Positions 31,211 to 32,000 of a stretch of DNA of 32,000 nucleotides are shown here, in pieces. The position numbers were made by a program, and so were the translations under genes. This DNA comes from Moraxella nasicaprae (GTDB lineage Bacteria; Pseudomonadota; Gammaproteobacteria; Pseudomonadales; Moraxellaceae): the NCBI RefSeq assembly GCF_025643275.1, contig NZ_CP089977.1, positions 1,710,001 through 1,742,000 of the forward strand, given 5' to 3'. Positions within the stretch are counted from its first letter, which is position 1, and each line of letters starts with the position of its first letter. A model generated the notes under the pieces. That model did not search any database, had not been told where the DNA came from, and worked only from the letters and a program-made list of their open reading frames with translations.

Positions 31211-32000
31211 TTTTTATCCCCTTTATCCAAAACTGCTCGTATTCTAAGGCGTGGCTTGACCGTCTTTTGTGGTTCAGTTTTTGGTGCATTGCCAAAAGGA
31301 TTGTCGCTGTTATCTCGTTTTGCCAACGCTGATAGGCTATAATTTTGCTGCTGCATCAGCGGAGACTCGCCACCGACCACAGGCGGTAGTCCAAGCATGG
31401 CACGGGCTTCATTGGGGCTAAAAATACCGCTTAGTGTGCCTTCTTTTAAGTACATAATTTGGCTGGTGCTATCCATACGGATAAGGGGGGATAAATCCGC
31501 CTCACATTCCACGCCTTCTTCAAGGTCAAGATGCTCATCAAGCAGGTTCTCAATCGCCTCGATGTAGTGTTGCAAACAGTCCGAATAATAAATCTCGTTC
31601 AAATCGGAAACTTTTTGACCTGCCTTTGCCTCACCCATACCGACTTTAAACGCTGGCACATGAAACACCGAGCAGACCGTTTCACTACTCATTTTTAGCT
31701 GTTCGATGGCTTGGGTGTCTGACGCACTCATGGCAATCGGCTCATATTTTGCCCCAGAGCCAAGCACGGCAATGCCACCACGATTGACACCGCTATAATT
31801 AGCTTGCCAATTTGCTTTGACTTCATCGGCTTTGCTTTGACTGATGTCGGTGGGGACGGATAAAATCCCAGATGGGCGAGAATTGTTACCAAACAGCGTG
31901 CGAGATTGGTTTTGGATTGACAGTCCAAGCCCCACGCTCAAATGACACGCCGTCAATGGCGAAAGACCCACAAGTGGGTGGTAAAAACAGTTAAAGCGGT
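31207..32000 (-). CDS. HK97-family portal protein, C-terminal ~264 aa (5' end beyond the window)
   Basis: The frame is open to the window edge (…RFNCFYHPLVGLSPL…). It contains FGNNSRPSGILS, ANYSGVNRGGIAVLGSGAKYEPI, DTQAIEQLK and VFHVPAFKVG, which are portal hallmarks. Confidence 0.85.
   Translation of the reverse strand, partial: RFNCFYHPLVGLSPLTACHLSVGLGLSIQNQSRTLFGNNSRPSGILSVPTDISQSKADEVKANWQANYSGVNRGGIAVLGSGAKYEPIAMSASDTQAIEQLKMSSETVCSVFHVPAFKVGMGEAKAGQKVSDLNEIYYSDCLQHYIEAIENLLDEHLDLEEGVECEADLSPLIRMDSTSQIMYLKEGTLSGIFSPNEARAMLGLPPVVGGESPLMQQQNYSLSALAKRDNSDNPFGNAPKTEPQKTVKPRLRIRAVLDKGDKK

Larger units (their letters stand above)
15217..32000. mobile_element. prophage-derived region (siphovirus type; HK97-like head-tail joining genes, lambda-like tail genes), mosaic and probably defective; the right end is beyond the window
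   Basis: A contiguous virion-gene operon lies on the minus strand. It contains morons and TA genes, and the left third holds truncated or frameshifted phage gene remnants. It directly abuts the housekeeping gene lpxB. Confidence 0.85.

Overview
The window has two parts.

(1) 1-15.0 kb is a conserved gammaproteobacterial housekeeping block. On the plus strand it carries a secreted cyclophilin-type PPIase, ndk, an S66 LD-carboxypeptidase interrupted by one in-frame TGA, rlmN, a PilW/PilF-type TPR lipoprotein, ispG, two lineage-specific lipoproteins, hisS, a yfgM-like gene, bamB and der. rnhB and lpxB follow on the minus strand. The ndk-rlmN-pilF-ispG-hisS-yfgM-bamB-der synteny and the moderately AT-rich composition suggest a Pseudomonas/Moraxellaceae-type genome; this is inference only.

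(2) 15.2-32 kb is siphovirus-type prophage DNA, read mostly on the minus strand.
- Structural genes, right to left: HK97-family portal (runs off the window), gp6-like connector, head-closure protein, HK97-gp10-like protein, DUF3168-like tail completion protein, major tail protein, G/GT chaperones with an A_AAA_AAC -1 slippery site, a 1327-aa tape measure and two distal tail proteins.
- Self-contained insertions interrupt this operon: a frameshifted PH+SHOCT gene, a RelE/HigB-like toxin with an XRE antitoxin behind a consensus promoter, and a secreted 261-aa protein with its own terminator.
- Left of 21.2 kb the element is a mosaic of decayed pieces: a K-like NlpC/P60 fragment, a chimeric tail-I::muramidase ORF, an integrase N-terminal remnant beside an AT-rich palindrome/iteron region, a frameshifted minor-tail-L remnant and a possible tape-measure fragment. 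No host-specificity (J-type) gene and no intact integrase lie in the window.

The most interesting signal is a compact cassette present in two paralogous copies (16.2-16.7 kb and 20.7-21.2 kb). Each copy has a strong sigma70 promoter, a two-hairpin leader, a strong SD, a short hydrophobic peptide ORF, a downstream anti-SD complement, a conserved antisense promoter overlapping the next start codon, and a ribbon-helix-helix gene. This is a type-I-toxin-like unit coupled to an RHH regulator. Next to copy B sits an orphan two-gene operon (61 aa + 273 aa) with its own SD and terminator.

All family calls rest on motif recognition by eye. No database search was run.
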